Shown: positions 9,638 through 19,446, numbered from the stretch's first letter. The stretch: DNA of 64,000 nucleotides from Minisyncoccota bacterium (GCA_040905715.1 JBBDRA010000003.1:135075-199074), one strand, 5' to 3'. Numbers and translations are program-made. Notes: generated by a model from the sequence alone, not told the origin.

Positions 9638-10840
9638 CTAGTCTTTTTTAATTCGCTTTTCTTCAAGAGAAAGGTTGCCAATAGCTTGGATCTGGCTAGG
9701 GTCTTGAAGTATAAGTGAAGGGTCGTATTGTGAGCGAATCCATCCAGCTAGGGCGATCATGAGCGCGTTGTCGCCGGTGAGTGCACGTGAGGCAATATGT
9801 GCCTCTGGAAGGCCACTATGAGCCTTAAATGAGCTTATAAGGCGTGTATTAGCGGCTACTCCTCCGGCAATAAGGATAGAGGATGCTCCATACGCATCAC
9901 ATGCACGCTCTGTTTTGGTCAGGAGGGTTTCAACGACTGCATCTTCAAATTCTCGAGATATACCCTGCTTTTGTTTATCAGTAAGTTCAGCAGTCGACTC
10001 GGCGATCTTTATGTTTTCTATGCCGTTGCGTACGGCTGTTTTTATTCCGGAAAAAGAGAAATTAAGATCGCCGGAGTTAAGCATTGGCCGAGGAAGAGCG
10101 AAGGGCGATGCGGTATCATCTTCACGTGCTTGTGTTGCCAGTTTTGATATTTCCGGACCTCCCGGATAGGGAAGCCCTAGCAAGCGCGCCACCTTGTCGA
10201 ATGCTTCTCCCGCAGCGTCGTCTACCGTCTGGCCAATGATCGAGTAGTCGCCCCAGGCTTTGATGAATACAAGCTCAGTGTGACCACCTGATACAAGAAG
10301 CGCGAGAGCGGGAAATTCTATTTTGCGTAATGGCTGCGCGGTGGCGCTTGCGGGGTCTTCTATAAGAAGGGAGGATATATGCCCTTCCATGTGGTTGACC
10401 GGTATTACCGGTACCTGCCAAGCGGCGCTGAGTGACTTGGCAAGATTGATACCAACCCAAAGCGTTGGTTCCAGGCCGGGGCCGTGTGTGACAGCGACAG
10501 CATCGATGTTTGGCTTGGGAGTTTTGGATAGGAAGGCGAGAAGAGCTTCGGCGAGTCCGGTCTCTCGAGCAAGTAGTTCGGTTATCTGGTTTTGTACCGT
10601 TTGTGATATATCGGGGACAGATGTGCCGAGAGCGGTTTTTTCAAGTGTCTTTTTTATAAGAGGAACAGCGTTTTGTGCATGCTCACGCTTTGCCAGGGAA
10701 GGAAAGACGCCGCCGTACTCTCGGTGAATGTCAATCTGGGAGAGTATCTCGTGGGCGTGTATTGTGACCGATGAACCGTCGATGTCGATTAATGCAAAGG
10801 AGGTTTCATCACAGCTTGTTTCGATCGAGAGAAGCTTCAT
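9638..10840 (-). CDS. tsaD: tRNA N6-adenosine threonylcarbamoyltransferase TsaD/Kae1 family (400 aa, C-terminal extension)
   Basis: N-terminus MKLLSIETSCDETSFALI matches the TsaD signature (GIETSCDDT). Metal-binding HMEGH. ASKH-fold glycine-rich motifs. Confidence 0.85.
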   Translation of the reverse strand: MKLLSIETSCDETSFALIDIDGSSVTIHAHEILSQIDIHREYGGVFPSLAKREHAQNAVPLIKKTLEKTALGTSVPDISQTVQNQITELLARETGLAEALLAFLSKTPKPNIDAVAVTHGPGLEPTLWVGINLAKSLSAAWQVPVIPVNHMEGHISSLLIEDPASATAQPLRKIEFPALALLVSGGHTELVFIKAWGDYSIIGQTVDDAAGEAFDKVARLLGLPYPGGPEISKLATQAREDDTASPFALPRPMLNSGDLNFSFSGIKTAVRNGIENIKIAESTAELTDKQKQGISREFEDAVVETLLTKTERACDAYGASSILIAGGVAANTRLISSFKAHSGLPEAHIASRALTGDNALMIALAGWIRSQYDPSLILQDPSQIQAIGNLSLEEKRIKKD

Positions 10841-11529
10841 AGGTAATTATCTATAACTTTGTTGCAATAGCGGTTGAACAGATGTTTCAGCCTCCTTTGT
10901 ATATGAATGTTGCCACACCTTACATGGCAAACCCCTTTATAGTAAGAATAAGTTTTCGATCCTTTTGTTCTAAGATCTTTGGATACAGTGGTAAAATTTT
11001 TCAGAGGTAACTTGAGCTGTTGTGACCAATAGTGTTTGATCGTATCAGGGTCTTGGTCTGCCCGAATATTAAGTTCACAACGTATTTGACTATCTTCGAT
11101 TCTGTAAAGTTTTCTCAGGCTGGCTATGAAAAACTTTAGCACAAAGGGATCTGAATTTCCGAGTGCCGTTTCCCCATTTCTTTTTGAACCTTCACCTAAA
11201 TAGAGAAGAGCAAGAGAAAGTTCTAAAAAAGTTTCTTGCGTCGTATCTATTTTTTCGAACACCTCTTCTGCTTCCTTTTGGGCGTGGGCGATTCTTTTCT
11301 CCTTTTCGTTCTTATGCCATTGCGTAGCCTTTTTTCGAGCTTCAACAAGACCTCTTTCCCATCTTTTGCGTAACTGGTCTTGGTGTTTTTTAGAAATCTT
11401 TATATCTTTGAACCATCCACTAAGAGTGGAACGGGGTATACCAAGCTTGACTTCGATATCTCGTATAGAATTTCCCGATTGGCGCAGAAGCAAAGCTTTT
11501 TCTTTTTTATGGAACCACTTAGACTGCAT
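10837..11529 (-). CDS. HTH + LAGLIDADG-like homing-endonuclease-family protein
   Basis: N-terminal HTH (IRDIEVKLGIPRSTLSGWF). The internal block LALLYLGEGSK resembles single-motif LAGLIDADG endonucleases (hydrophobic-hydrophobic-G-D/E-G-S). Overlaps the tsaD stop by 4 nt. The attribution is tentative. Confidence 0.4.
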   Translation of the reverse strand: MQSKWFHKKEKALLLRQSGNSIRDIEVKLGIPRSTLSGWFKDIKISKKHQDQLRKRWERGLVEARKKATQWHKNEKEKRIAHAQKEAEEVFEKIDTTQETFLELSLALLYLGEGSKRNGETALGNSDPFVLKFFIASLRKLYRIEDSQIRCELNIRADQDPDTIKHYWSQQLKLPLKNFTTVSKDLRTKGSKTYSYYKGVCHVRCGNIHIQRRLKHLFNRYCNKVIDNYL

Positions 11530-11579
11530 GTATACAGTATATCATCTATGGTTCCAATACTTGATGTGGAAAAGAAATG

Positions 11580-11653
11580 TGGGCGTGATAGGAGTTGAAC
11601 CTATGACCTCCTGCGTGTCGAGCAGACGCTCTAACCAACTGAGCTACACGCCC
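11580..11653 (-). tRNA. tRNA-Val (anticodon GAC), unusual C at position 33
   Basis: Reverse complement GGGCGTGTAGCTCAGTTGGTTAGAGCGTCTGCTCGACACGCAGGAGGTCATAGGTTCAACTCCTATCACGCCCA. Anticodon arm TCTGC-TCGACAC-GCAGG, short variable arm. Confidence 0.65.
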
Positions 11654-11658
11654 GCGTG

Positions 11659-11730
11659 TGACCCCACGGGGAATCGAACCCCGATTTTAAGCTTGAAAAG
11701 CTCACGTCCTAACCGTTAGACGATGGGGTC
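11659..11730 (-). tRNA. tRNA-Glu (anticodon TTC)
   Basis: Reverse complement GACCCCATCGTCTAACGGTTAGGACGTGAGCTTTTCAAGCTTAAAATCGGGGTTCGATTCCCCGTGGGGTCA. The anticodon loop is TTTTCAA. Confidence 0.8.
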
Positions 11731-11798
11731 AGAACGAAATTATCCTATCATTTTTTTGCGATAAATGCCAAAATTTGCTACTTTTGATACACCAATTT

Positions 11799-11881
11799 GG
11801 AGGGGTCGGATAATGGCTATTCCACCGCTTTCGAAAAGCGGCGCCTTCACGGGCTTGCGGGTTCGAGTCCCGCCCTCTCCG
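11799..11881 (+). tRNA. tRNA-Ser (anticodon CGA), long variable arm; apparent integration site of the downstream AT-rich island
   Basis: GGAGGGGTCGGATAATGGCTATTCCACCGCTTTCGAAAAGCGGCGCCTTCACGGGCTTGCGGGTTCGAGTCCCGCCCTCTCCG. Anticodon arm CCGCT-TTCGAAA-AGCGG, T-arm GCGGG-TTCGAGT-CCCGC. Confidence 0.75.
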
Positions 11882-11950
11882 CAGTAAAAATTTAGTATCG
11901 GAAGACCCGAATACCCTTATTTTTAGGGATTTCTAGAAACCGATGAAAGT

Positions 11951-12125
11951 GCAAAAAGTTCGAACCTTTGTGGGGCAGTAGTCACGTGATATAGACAGTG
12001 TCTCCTGAAATAACCATATTTTGCAATGCATATTTAGAACGAGTCATGGGTTCGAACTTTTGTGATTTTTGCTAAAAACAATAAAGTTCTATTTCAAGCC
12101 ATATTTTCAGTTCGAATCTTAGAGA
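11951..12125. promoter_or_regulatory. Three copies of a GTTCGAAC(C/T)TTTGTG-like motif between tRNA-Ser and the first island gene
   Basis: aaagGTTCGAACCTTTGTGggg at about 11958, gGGTTCGAACTTTTGTGatt at about 12048 and cAGTTCGAATCTTAGAG at about 12109. The GTTCGAAC core is palindromic. Confidence 0.3.
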
Positions 12126-12190
12126 CTTTTTTTCCGACATTGATTCCTCGCTCGATTGACTAAGGGTATATTTTCAATAGAATTAAAATA

Positions 12191-13132
12191 ATGTTGCTAG
12201 ACGCTTATAAAAAAATGTTCCTTATTCGAATTGCAGAGGAACAATTGGCTGATTATTATCTTAAAAATAAGATAATGAGCCTCGTTCATTTTTATGTTGG
12301 GCAGGAAGCGATAGCGGTCGGGGTATGTGATGCTTTACATAAAAATGATCGTGTTATGGGTAATCATCGATCCCATGGACACTATTTGGCTAAAGGGGGC
12401 GATCTTAAAAAAATGGTATGTGAATTGTTCGGAAAGGAATGTGGTTCGTCACATGGTAAAGGTGGCTCAATGCACATGATTGATACTTCAGTTAATTTCA
12501 TTGGATCAACACCAATTCTATCTAGCGCTGTACCGCTTTCATGCGGTAGTGCGCTTGAACAAAAATATCACAAAAGCGACATGATAACAGTCGTGTTTTT
12601 GGGTGACGGCGCATTTGAAGAAGGAGGTGTATATGAATCTTTGAATTTGTCCACGCTTTTTAAATTACCACTACTTATCGTTCTTGAGAATAATCTCCGG
12701 TCTATTGACACACGTCTTTGGGAACGTCGATCTTCCGCACACGATACTAAAAAGATCGTTACTGGATTTGGAGTGCAATATGTAAAAGCTGATGGGAATG
12801 ATTATTTAGATGTAGTAGGAAAAGTTAGAAAGCTTATTCCTGAAGTGCGCGAAGGAAAACCTGCTCTTATTGAGTGTATGACTTATCGTCATATGGCACA
12901 CAGCGGACCAACTTTTGAGGAAGAAACCCGCGAGGAGGATACTATAGAACAACGAAAGGAAAACGATTCAGTATTGAAGATTAGACAAAAAATACTCGAT
13001 TCAGGAATCACGGAGGAAGAGGTTATTGCCGTGGAGAATAATATTAAAAAAACTGTTACCAATGCCATCGTGTTTGCTAAGAGGGCACCTTTTCCGAAGA
13101 AAGAAAGCTTATACACCGATCTTTATGTCTAA
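12191..13132 (+). CDS. TPP-dependent 2-oxoacid (pyruvate/acetoin) dehydrogenase E1 component, alpha subunit
   Basis: YVGQEAIAVGV...GNHRSHGHYLAKGGD...GKGGSMHM...FLGDGAFEEGGVYESLN is the hallmark of E1 alpha (TPP-binding). Confidence 0.85.
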   Translation: MLLDAYKKMFLIRIAEEQLADYYLKNKIMSLVHFYVGQEAIAVGVCDALHKNDRVMGNHRSHGHYLAKGGDLKKMVCELFGKECGSSHGKGGSMHMIDTSVNFIGSTPILSSAVPLSCGSALEQKYHKSDMITVVFLGDGAFEEGGVYESLNLSTLFKLPLLIVLENNLRSIDTRLWERRSSAHDTKKIVTGFGVQYVKADGNDYLDVVGKVRKLIPEVREGKPALIECMTYRHMAHSGPTFEEETREEDTIEQRKENDSVLKIRQKILDSGITEEEVIAVENNIKKTVTNAIVFAKRAPFPKKESLYTDLYV

Positions 13133-14165
13133 TAGAATTATCACATACACTGAAGCAATTAAAGAAGCCACAGACCAAATAATGGATGTGGATCATAATG
13201 TTGTTGTTATGGGACTCGAAGTTTCATATAAAAATGGTGCAGACGGAACAACGGCCGGACTTAAGAAAAAATATCCTCACCGCATAATTGAAACACCTCA
13301 ATCAGAAAATGCAGTAACAGGAATGGCAGTTGGCGCTGCTATAACAGGCCTTCATCCTATTGTGCATCATGGCCGAGTTGAGTTCGCGCTCTTTGCTGCT
13401 GATCAAATATTTACACAGGCTGCGAAGTGGAATTATATGTTTGGCGGTGGACATCCTGTTCCAGTTGTGTTTAGGATAAACATCGGTCGTCAGTGGGGTC
13501 AGGGTCCTCAGCATACACAAGCTCTCTATTCACTCTTTGGTAACGCGCTTGGTATTAAAGTCGTTATTCCTTCTACGCCATCTATGGCAAAGGGTCTACT
13601 TATCTCGGCGGTTCGTGATAAAAATCCTGTAGTTATATTGGAGCCACGTTGGCTTTTTTCTTTGAAACAAAACGTGTCAATTGAATCATATGATAAACCG
13701 CTGGATAAAGCTGTTGTGGTGAATGAGGGAGCGGATGTTACAATTGTTGCTTATGGGGATGGTTTAATCGCGGCACATGAAGCTTTAGAACTGATTGGTG
13801 ATGATGTCGGCGTGGATCTTATAGATCTTGTTTCTATAAATCCGATTGATTATGAAACCGTCTATAAATCAGTAAAAAAAACAGGTCGAATTATCACAAT
13901 TGATACTACAAATCACGCCTTTAGTGTTGGCTCAGATATAATTTCTAATGTTGCGCAACAGAAGTTGCTACATTTGAAGAATATTCCAATTTCAATTTCT
14001 TGCCCCGATGTTCCGGTTCCGACATCAACAATACTGACTGAATCTTATTACCCAACCAAAGTGGACATTGCTAATACTGTGTTACGTCAATTGGGTAAAC
14101 CTACCATTAAGCACGATCTAACTTTTGAAGAAATTCACACTTCTCCTAATTACATTATTAAATAA
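13125..14165 (+). CDS. TPP-dependent dehydrogenase E1 component, beta subunit (transketolase-like)
   Basis: Start chosen at ATG 13125 (MSNRIITYTEAIKEA...), overlapping the alpha stop by 8 nt. ETPQSENAVTGMAVGAAITGLHPIV...ILEPRWLF... is typical of E1 beta. The ORF track's upstream start at 13026 would overlap alpha by 107 nt and is rejected. Confidence 0.8.
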   Translation: MSNRIITYTEAIKEATDQIMDVDHNVVVMGLEVSYKNGADGTTAGLKKKYPHRIIETPQSENAVTGMAVGAAITGLHPIVHHGRVEFALFAADQIFTQAAKWNYMFGGGHPVPVVFRINIGRQWGQGPQHTQALYSLFGNALGIKVVIPSTPSMAKGLLISAVRDKNPVVILEPRWLFSLKQNVSIESYDKPLDKAVVVNEGADVTIVAYGDGLIAAHEALELIGDDVGVDLIDLVSINPIDYETVYKSVKKTGRIITIDTTNHAFSVGSDIISNVAQQKLLHLKNIPISISCPDVPVPTSTILTESYYPTKVDIANTVLRQLGKPTIKHDLTFEEIHTSPNYIIK

Positions 14166-14346
14166 ATTGAACAAAAGATATTTATAAATAACATAAAATA
14201 AAAATTGATTTCATCCACTCGGACTTATCTATCTTCGATGTTTTGTGGTTTATATAGCTATTAATTACAAATCTATCAAAAGCGATAGGGGTGCTTAGAG
14301 ATTACATTTTACTATAGACTTAGGTAATGTTTTATGGTACTATAAT

Positions 14347-15921
14347 ATGGAAAATATGGAAAATAATAAACAAAAGTTTATAAGAGATAAAAACCTCCCT
14401 AAATCTATACGATCTGTAGTCCGCATGTATCCATCTAATCAGATCAACAGATTGTTCTATGGCGGACTACCTCACTTGGGTAATACACTTTTGAACTCTT
14501 GGAAATCTGTTGAAATACAAGAAGCCGCCAAAGTGTACGATGAGTATAGTCTATCCACAAACCTTCTCATTAGAGGCTTCAAGGAGCCTACGGTAGATAA
14601 AGTAAGATTAGGTGTCGGCAGTCCTGCACGTTTTAAGCCTTTTGATAGGTGTCTTGCGGGTATTAAAAATGCCTTGAAAGATAGAATTCTTTCTGACTAT
14701 CAATTAGCTGCGGGATATAGTGAGGATAAAAAACCAGTCATGAGATACTTAAAAGTTTCTCATGACTTAGAAACAAATGAGAATAATATTATTTTTACAC
14801 ATTCAAGTACACAGGCATTTACTCTTGTAATGGAAGCCATACTAGATTATGGAGATGTTGTTATTATGACAGCTCCTAATTATGGTCTTTTTTCTTTTAT
14901 CCCAGAAAGAGTTGGGGGTAAAGTCAGGCTTTTACCTCTTACGAGCACTGACAATTGGAAGATAAACCCTCAAGATCTAAAAAAACTCATTTCTAATACT
15001 AATGATGAACTTAAACAAGATTATGATGTGAATCGTGAAAAATATGTTTTAAGACGTTCTGATATAGCACCAAAAGTTTCTGCTTTTCTCAATTTAAATC
15101 CACATAACCCAACAGGGGTCGTTTATAGTAAAAAAGATGAGTCATTATTATTAGAAATTTCTAATATTTGCAAGGCCGCTGGTGTATTTATTATAGATGA
15201 TTTAGCTTATTCTGGTTTAGAATTTGATAGAAGTTCTACTGCATTACCCATGAATAGTTTAAAAGATCACTTTGAGAATACAATATCATTGTACTCTCTT
15301 TCTAAATCTTACGGGTTAGCTGGTTTAAGATCGGGTATGATCATTGCTAATGAGGTGATTATCTCTTTAATAAGAGATAAAATTTTTCAGAATCTAGATT
15401 CGTTGTCTTTACTGCAATCGGCAGCCATGAGTTCAACCTTCTTAATTGAGGATGATGCCACTACAGAAAAAGAGAAGTACTTTACTGATATTGCTAAGAA
15501 ATATTATGAGAGATATGTTTTTGCAAAATCAATTATTATAGGAGCTGATAAAATTAAAAGGAAAGAGAGAATACTTCTTAAGAAAATAATTCGTAATAAT
15601 AATCTTATTCTTGATATCGATAAATCTATGAGTGGTATCAAGGAGGTTAGTATAATACTTGATCCAGAATCAGGATTTTTTGTTCTTTTAGATTTTAGTA
15701 AATTGATTGGAAAATCTTATAAAGGATTTAAAATTACTGATGATACGACCTTGTTACAGTTTCTATACACCTCAGGCAATATTAAATTATTGACAGGCAA
15801 AGCATTTTGTTGGCCTAATCAAGACCAACTTGTTGCAAGAGTAACTATTGCATTTGATGACTACGAAGAATTACTGAAATCTTTCTTACGCCTCAAATCA
15901 TCTATAGAATTATTAAAATGA
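14347..15921 (+). CDS. PLP-dependent aminotransferase, class I/II fold, with ~150-aa C-terminal extension
   Basis: NPHNPTGVVYSKKDESLLLEI...FIIDDLAYSGLEFD...SLSKSYGLAGLRSGMIIAN carries the pyridoxal-lysine motif S-x-S-K-x-x-G-x-x-G-x-R of class I aminotransferases. Confidence 0.65.
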   Translation: MENMENNKQKFIRDKNLPKSIRSVVRMYPSNQINRLFYGGLPHLGNTLLNSWKSVEIQEAAKVYDEYSLSTNLLIRGFKEPTVDKVRLGVGSPARFKPFDRCLAGIKNALKDRILSDYQLAAGYSEDKKPVMRYLKVSHDLETNENNIIFTHSSTQAFTLVMEAILDYGDVVIMTAPNYGLFSFIPERVGGKVRLLPLTSTDNWKINPQDLKKLISNTNDELKQDYDVNREKYVLRRSDIAPKVSAFLNLNPHNPTGVVYSKKDESLLLEISNICKAAGVFIIDDLAYSGLEFDRSSTALPMNSLKDHFENTISLYSLSKSYGLAGLRSGMIIANEVIISLIRDKIFQNLDSLSLLQSAAMSSTFLIEDDATTEKEKYFTDIAKKYYERYVFAKSIIIGADKIKRKERILLKKIIRNNNLILDIDKSMSGIKEVSIILDPESGFFVLLDFSKLIGKSYKGFKITDDTTLLQFLYTSGNIKLLTGKAFCWPNQDQLVARVTIAFDDYEELLKSFLRLKSSIELLK

Positions 15922-16790
15922 AAATATATATTGTCTCATCAGAAAAGCACGCAGGAAAAATCCAAGAGGATGTTTATATGCGTGATGTTTACAGGAATAA
16001 TGGTTTTTCTTGCGAAATTCGCATCTTAAAAGACATTGTAAAGATCTCAAAACCCTTTGATGTGGTAATTTTAAAAAGTATCTGGGGATATCACTTACAT
16101 CATCGTGATTTTCTAAAGCAGATATTAATACTCAAGAAAAAAAATATTAAACTAATAAATGATTATGATTTTATTTTTTGGAATATTGACAAATATAAGT
16201 ACTTAGAGGAATTAAAGGACGTAAATGTAATTCCAACCACACTACTTAATTTTAAAAATACAAAGAAAAAATCAGAGATTATAGATATAATATTACAAAC
16301 AAATACAACATTAAATACGGATGTATTAGTTATTAAGCCTTGTATTTCAGAAAGTGGGTACTTAACACTTAAATACGATAAAGCAAAAGATAATAAAATT
16401 ATTATTTCCTCACTACAAAAGAATAAACAACTTAATTTTATTGCACAACCATATAGATCCAGTGTCTTGTCTGGAGAGATTTCCGTAGTTGTAATCAATG
16501 GAGTTCCTTTATACGGTATAAAGAGATTTCCTGGAATTTTTTGCGAAAAATTAAATCCAGTCTATATAAAGTTTGATAGTTTACCAATTACTATAAAAAA
16601 AGAAGTGAACGTATTAGGATCGTTTTTCTTAGCCAAGTTTGGTAGTTATCCTAATATATGCAGAATTGATTTCTTGAAGTTTAATACTACTTATGAAGTT
16701 TTGGAGGTAGAATTGATAGATCCTGATTTATTCTTTAGGTACACACCAGACAGTTTGAGAGAAAAAGCAACTCTCATGATTAATAAATAA
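15918..16790 (+). CDS. ATP-grasp-like ligase (RimK/GshB-like), divergent
   Basis: VIKPCISESGY...FIAQPYRSSVLSGEISVVVINGVPLYGIKRF resembles the ATP-grasp C-terminal half (IxQxY...GxEIRVxVIGG). Weak. Confidence 0.4.
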   Translation: MKIYIVSSEKHAGKIQEDVYMRDVYRNNGFSCEIRILKDIVKISKPFDVVILKSIWGYHLHHRDFLKQILILKKKNIKLINDYDFIFWNIDKYKYLEELKDVNVIPTTLLNFKNTKKKSEIIDIILQTNTTLNTDVLVIKPCISESGYLTLKYDKAKDNKIIISSLQKNKQLNFIAQPYRSSVLSGEISVVVINGVPLYGIKRFPGIFCEKLNPVYIKFDSLPITIKKEVNVLGSFFLAKFGSYPNICRIDFLKFNTTYEVLEVELIDPDLFFRYTPDSLREKATLMINK

Positions 16791-16803
16791 TTTATAATTA
16801 ACT

Positions 16804-17274
16804 ATGTATAGAAAAGGAGTTTCAGCAATTATAGTCAACCAAGAGAATGAGTTTCTCTTGGTTAATTTAGAATCTTTTGAGGAGAAGTATTTTGCTATTC
16901 CGGGTGGTGGAGTTGAGCAGGAAGAAGAACTAAAAGATGCTGTGTATAGAGAAATAGAAGAAGAGTTGAATATAGAGAAAAAATCTCTTTTACTGATTGG
17001 AAAAAGTAATTTACCAGTAATGATTAAATTTAAAACCATTAAGTTTAATGATGGTGGTAAAGAATTTGATGGAATGGAAAGATATTTTTTCGGATTTAAA
17101 TTTATTGGTGATGATAAGATAATAACCCCGAACCCCGGAGAGGTGCGAACTTACAAATGGGTTGCGTACGACAATTTGAAAGACTATCTTTTATTTGATA
17201 ATCAATTAGAAGAAACAACAGAAAAAATACTTGAAATATTCAGCACGGAAATAACCCCTAACAAAGGATCATAA
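16804..17274 (+). CDS. NUDIX hydrolase
   Basis: NUDIX box GGGVEQEEELKDAVYREIEEELNI (G-x5-E-x7-R-E-U-x-E-E-x-G-U). Confidence 0.85.
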   Translation: MYRKGVSAIIVNQENEFLLVNLESFEEKYFAIPGGGVEQEEELKDAVYREIEEELNIEKKSLLLIGKSNLPVMIKFKTIKFNDGGKEFDGMERYFFGFKFIGDDKIITPNPGEVRTYKWVAYDNLKDYLLFDNQLEETTEKILEIFSTEITPNKGS

Positions 17275-17383
17275 ATATTATTATTTGACACCATAATCAT
17301 ATCGTGTTAATTTGTACATAGATTCATTATATGTTGTTCTGATTTTAAGATCTGTTCTTCACATCCAAAAACGGAGGTAAGTC

Positions 17384-18073
17384 ATGAAAGAAGTATCGAA
17401 AAGTTACGAAGAAGTTAAGACGATGCAGGAGTCCTTTTGGGAAACCATCCACAGCAGAGGCGAGTGGTGGGATTTGTGTTTCGTTCCCAACCCACTCGCC
17501 ACTGACCTTCAAGAAATTCTCCCAGCGAGATCAAAAATTTTGGAGGTCGGTTGCTCTTCAGGGAGAGATGCGAGGTACTTCGCATCTCATGGTCACTTCA
17601 TTGTGGCTATGGATTTTTCAAAAAATGCCTTGAAGCGAATGATGGATCACGCAAGAAAACAAGGCATTGATGTACAAATAACACCTGTACACAAAAACGT
17701 GGCGGAAGGTCTCCCTGATTTTCAGGCGGATTCAATTGATTGTTTCTATTCTCGGTCATCTCTTCATGTTGATGATGACACTATGGTGCAGTTGGCTAAA
17801 AAGATTAGCCTCTACACAAAAAAGGGTGGTATTATTGCTATCGAAGGAAGAACTGAGAATGACACCCCGATATTGGAAAGTGAGGATATCGGTGATGGGT
17901 TGGCAATCAATTGGAAGCAGGGAGGGCACCTACGACGCATTTGGAGAAAAGACTTTTGTATACAACTTGCGAAAGATCTTTCCTGGGAGATTATAACTCT
18001 CGAGGATCGTCATGATGATCTAGGAAACGAAAAGAACCTCCTGCGTTTTGTTGCCAAAAAAGGCTCTGTGTAA
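17384..18073 (+). CDS. Class I SAM-dependent methyltransferase
   Basis: Motif I ILEVGCSSGRDARYFASHGHFIVAMDFS and later acidic motifs. Rossmann-fold MTase. Confidence 0.7.
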   Translation: MKEVSKSYEEVKTMQESFWETIHSRGEWWDLCFVPNPLATDLQEILPARSKILEVGCSSGRDARYFASHGHFIVAMDFSKNALKRMMDHARKQGIDVQITPVHKNVAEGLPDFQADSIDCFYSRSSLHVDDDTMVQLAKKISLYTKKGGIIAIEGRTENDTPILESEDIGDGLAINWKQGGHLRRIWRKDFCIQLAKDLSWEIITLEDRHDDLGNEKNLLRFVAKKGSV

Positions 18074-18153
18074 AATACAGAGCCTTTTTTTATAATTTAT
18101 AATTTATTTTAAAGTCTGTATACTGATATGTAAGCATACGGAGCTAAATTTTT

Positions 18154-19380
18154 ATGAAAAGACCAACATTATTATTTGTAGAAGAATATGAAAATACACT
18201 ATCAAGGAGCGTGGTGTCAAACAGAACTATCAACTTAGTCTTGATAAGATTTAAGCAGAATATGTTCTTTAGTCAAACCCATCTCAAAAAAACATCTAAT
18301 ATTCCTTGTTTCGTTTTTAATAAAGCAGAATCCATGGAACATGAAGTTGAGAGGTTTAGAGAATTCTGTAATAAAAATGAAATTGTTGTTGACTATTTTT
18401 ATAATGACTCTGAATACAACCAAGAAGTGATCCAGAAGTTTGCTTCGTTACTTAGACTTCCCGGCGCTCTTAATGAGTATCAAGCTCTCTGTGTAAGAGA
18501 TAAAGCGGTAATGAAAGATAAAATGCAGGAACTTGGATATCGAACAATGCCATATCAAGAACTCAATTCCATTGATGATGCCTTGGAATTCTCAGAAAAA
18601 AACGATGGTTTCCCATTTATTATTAAATGGCGTAAAGGAATGTCATCGAAAGAAGTGTATAGGATTGAAAATAAGAATCAACTAGAATCATTACAGTTAG
18701 ATTATTCTACAGGGAGATTTATAGCGGAAACATACTGTCCTTACTTAATATGGAGCTTTGATTCCCTTATTCAGGACGGTGGGGTGGTTGGAACTTTTCT
18801 TACTTGGCTTCCATATACTAATCTTAGTTTCGCCGAGAAAAAGGATAAGTTTGCTCAGATTACAGTTGCAGAAGATCATGAGAATATTAAATTCGACGGA
18901 AGAAAAATAACCCAAGACATTATCAGTGAGTTTGGCTTGAAAAATGGATATATAGAAATTGAGTTTTTTGTTGACTCTCAAGGGCAGCCTATAATATGTG
19001 AGTTTGCATGGAGAACTGCTGGTGAACACATGTTGTCAAATCAAAGCATTGCGTTTGGGGTAGACGCTTGTTCTTTATTAACCGATATTGTGGTTGGAAG
19101 AAAAATACAGCCTCTTCCATTAAGTGGTAAACAGTGTGTCGGTGACATGTTCCTGCCGTTGACTAATGGAATTGTCGCTGAAATTTCTACATATCAGGAT
19201 TTAAGTGACCTTGCTGGGGTAATCGATGGAAACATTACATACAAGGCGGGAGATGTCATTGAGTCAAAAAGGCAATATACGAGTTGTGCTGGCTGGATTC
19301 AGGTTACTGGACAAACCCCTGAAGAGGTTTTAGATAGAATGTTAAAAGTATATGAAAAGTTTAAAATTGTCACAGTTTAA
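18154..19380 (+). CDS. ATP-grasp domain carboxylate-amine ligase
   Basis: CVRDKAVMKDKMQELGYRTMPYQEL...GFPFIIKWRKGMSSKEVYRIEN...GYIEIEFFVDSQGQPIICEFAWRTAGE is the ATP-grasp pattern (a pre-ATP-grasp lysine-containing strand followed by an E/D-rich catalytic loop). The true start may be an internal Met at about 18334. Confidence 0.55.
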   Translation: MKRPTLLFVEEYENTLSRSVVSNRTINLVLIRFKQNMFFSQTHLKKTSNIPCFVFNKAESMEHEVERFREFCNKNEIVVDYFYNDSEYNQEVIQKFASLLRLPGALNEYQALCVRDKAVMKDKMQELGYRTMPYQELNSIDDALEFSEKNDGFPFIIKWRKGMSSKEVYRIENKNQLESLQLDYSTGRFIAETYCPYLIWSFDSLIQDGGVVGTFLTWLPYTNLSFAEKKDKFAQITVAEDHENIKFDGRKITQDIISEFGLKNGYIEIEFFVDSQGQPIICEFAWRTAGEHMLSNQSIAFGVDACSLLTDIVVGRKIQPLPLSGKQCVGDMFLPLTNGIVAEISTYQDLSDLAGVIDGNITYKAGDVIESKRQYTSCAGWIQVTGQTPEEVLDRMLKVYEKFKIVTV

Positions 19381-19446
19381 TCAATCTATCGCAACATGTT
19401 TAATTATTAATAAACACCAGACGAAATATGGATAATAAAATTAGGT

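Noticed and set aside
11366-11719. 117-aa and 72-aa plus-strand ORFs
   Set aside because: They overlap the LAGLIDADG-like gene in antisense and run through the tRNA-Val and tRNA-Glu genes. They are not coding.
13026-13124. Upstream start for the E1 beta ORF given by the ORF track (MPWRIILKKLL...)
   Set aside because: It would overlap the E1 alpha gene by 107 nt. The internal ATG at 13125 (MSNRIITYTE...) gives the conventional short overlap and a typical beta-subunit N-terminus.
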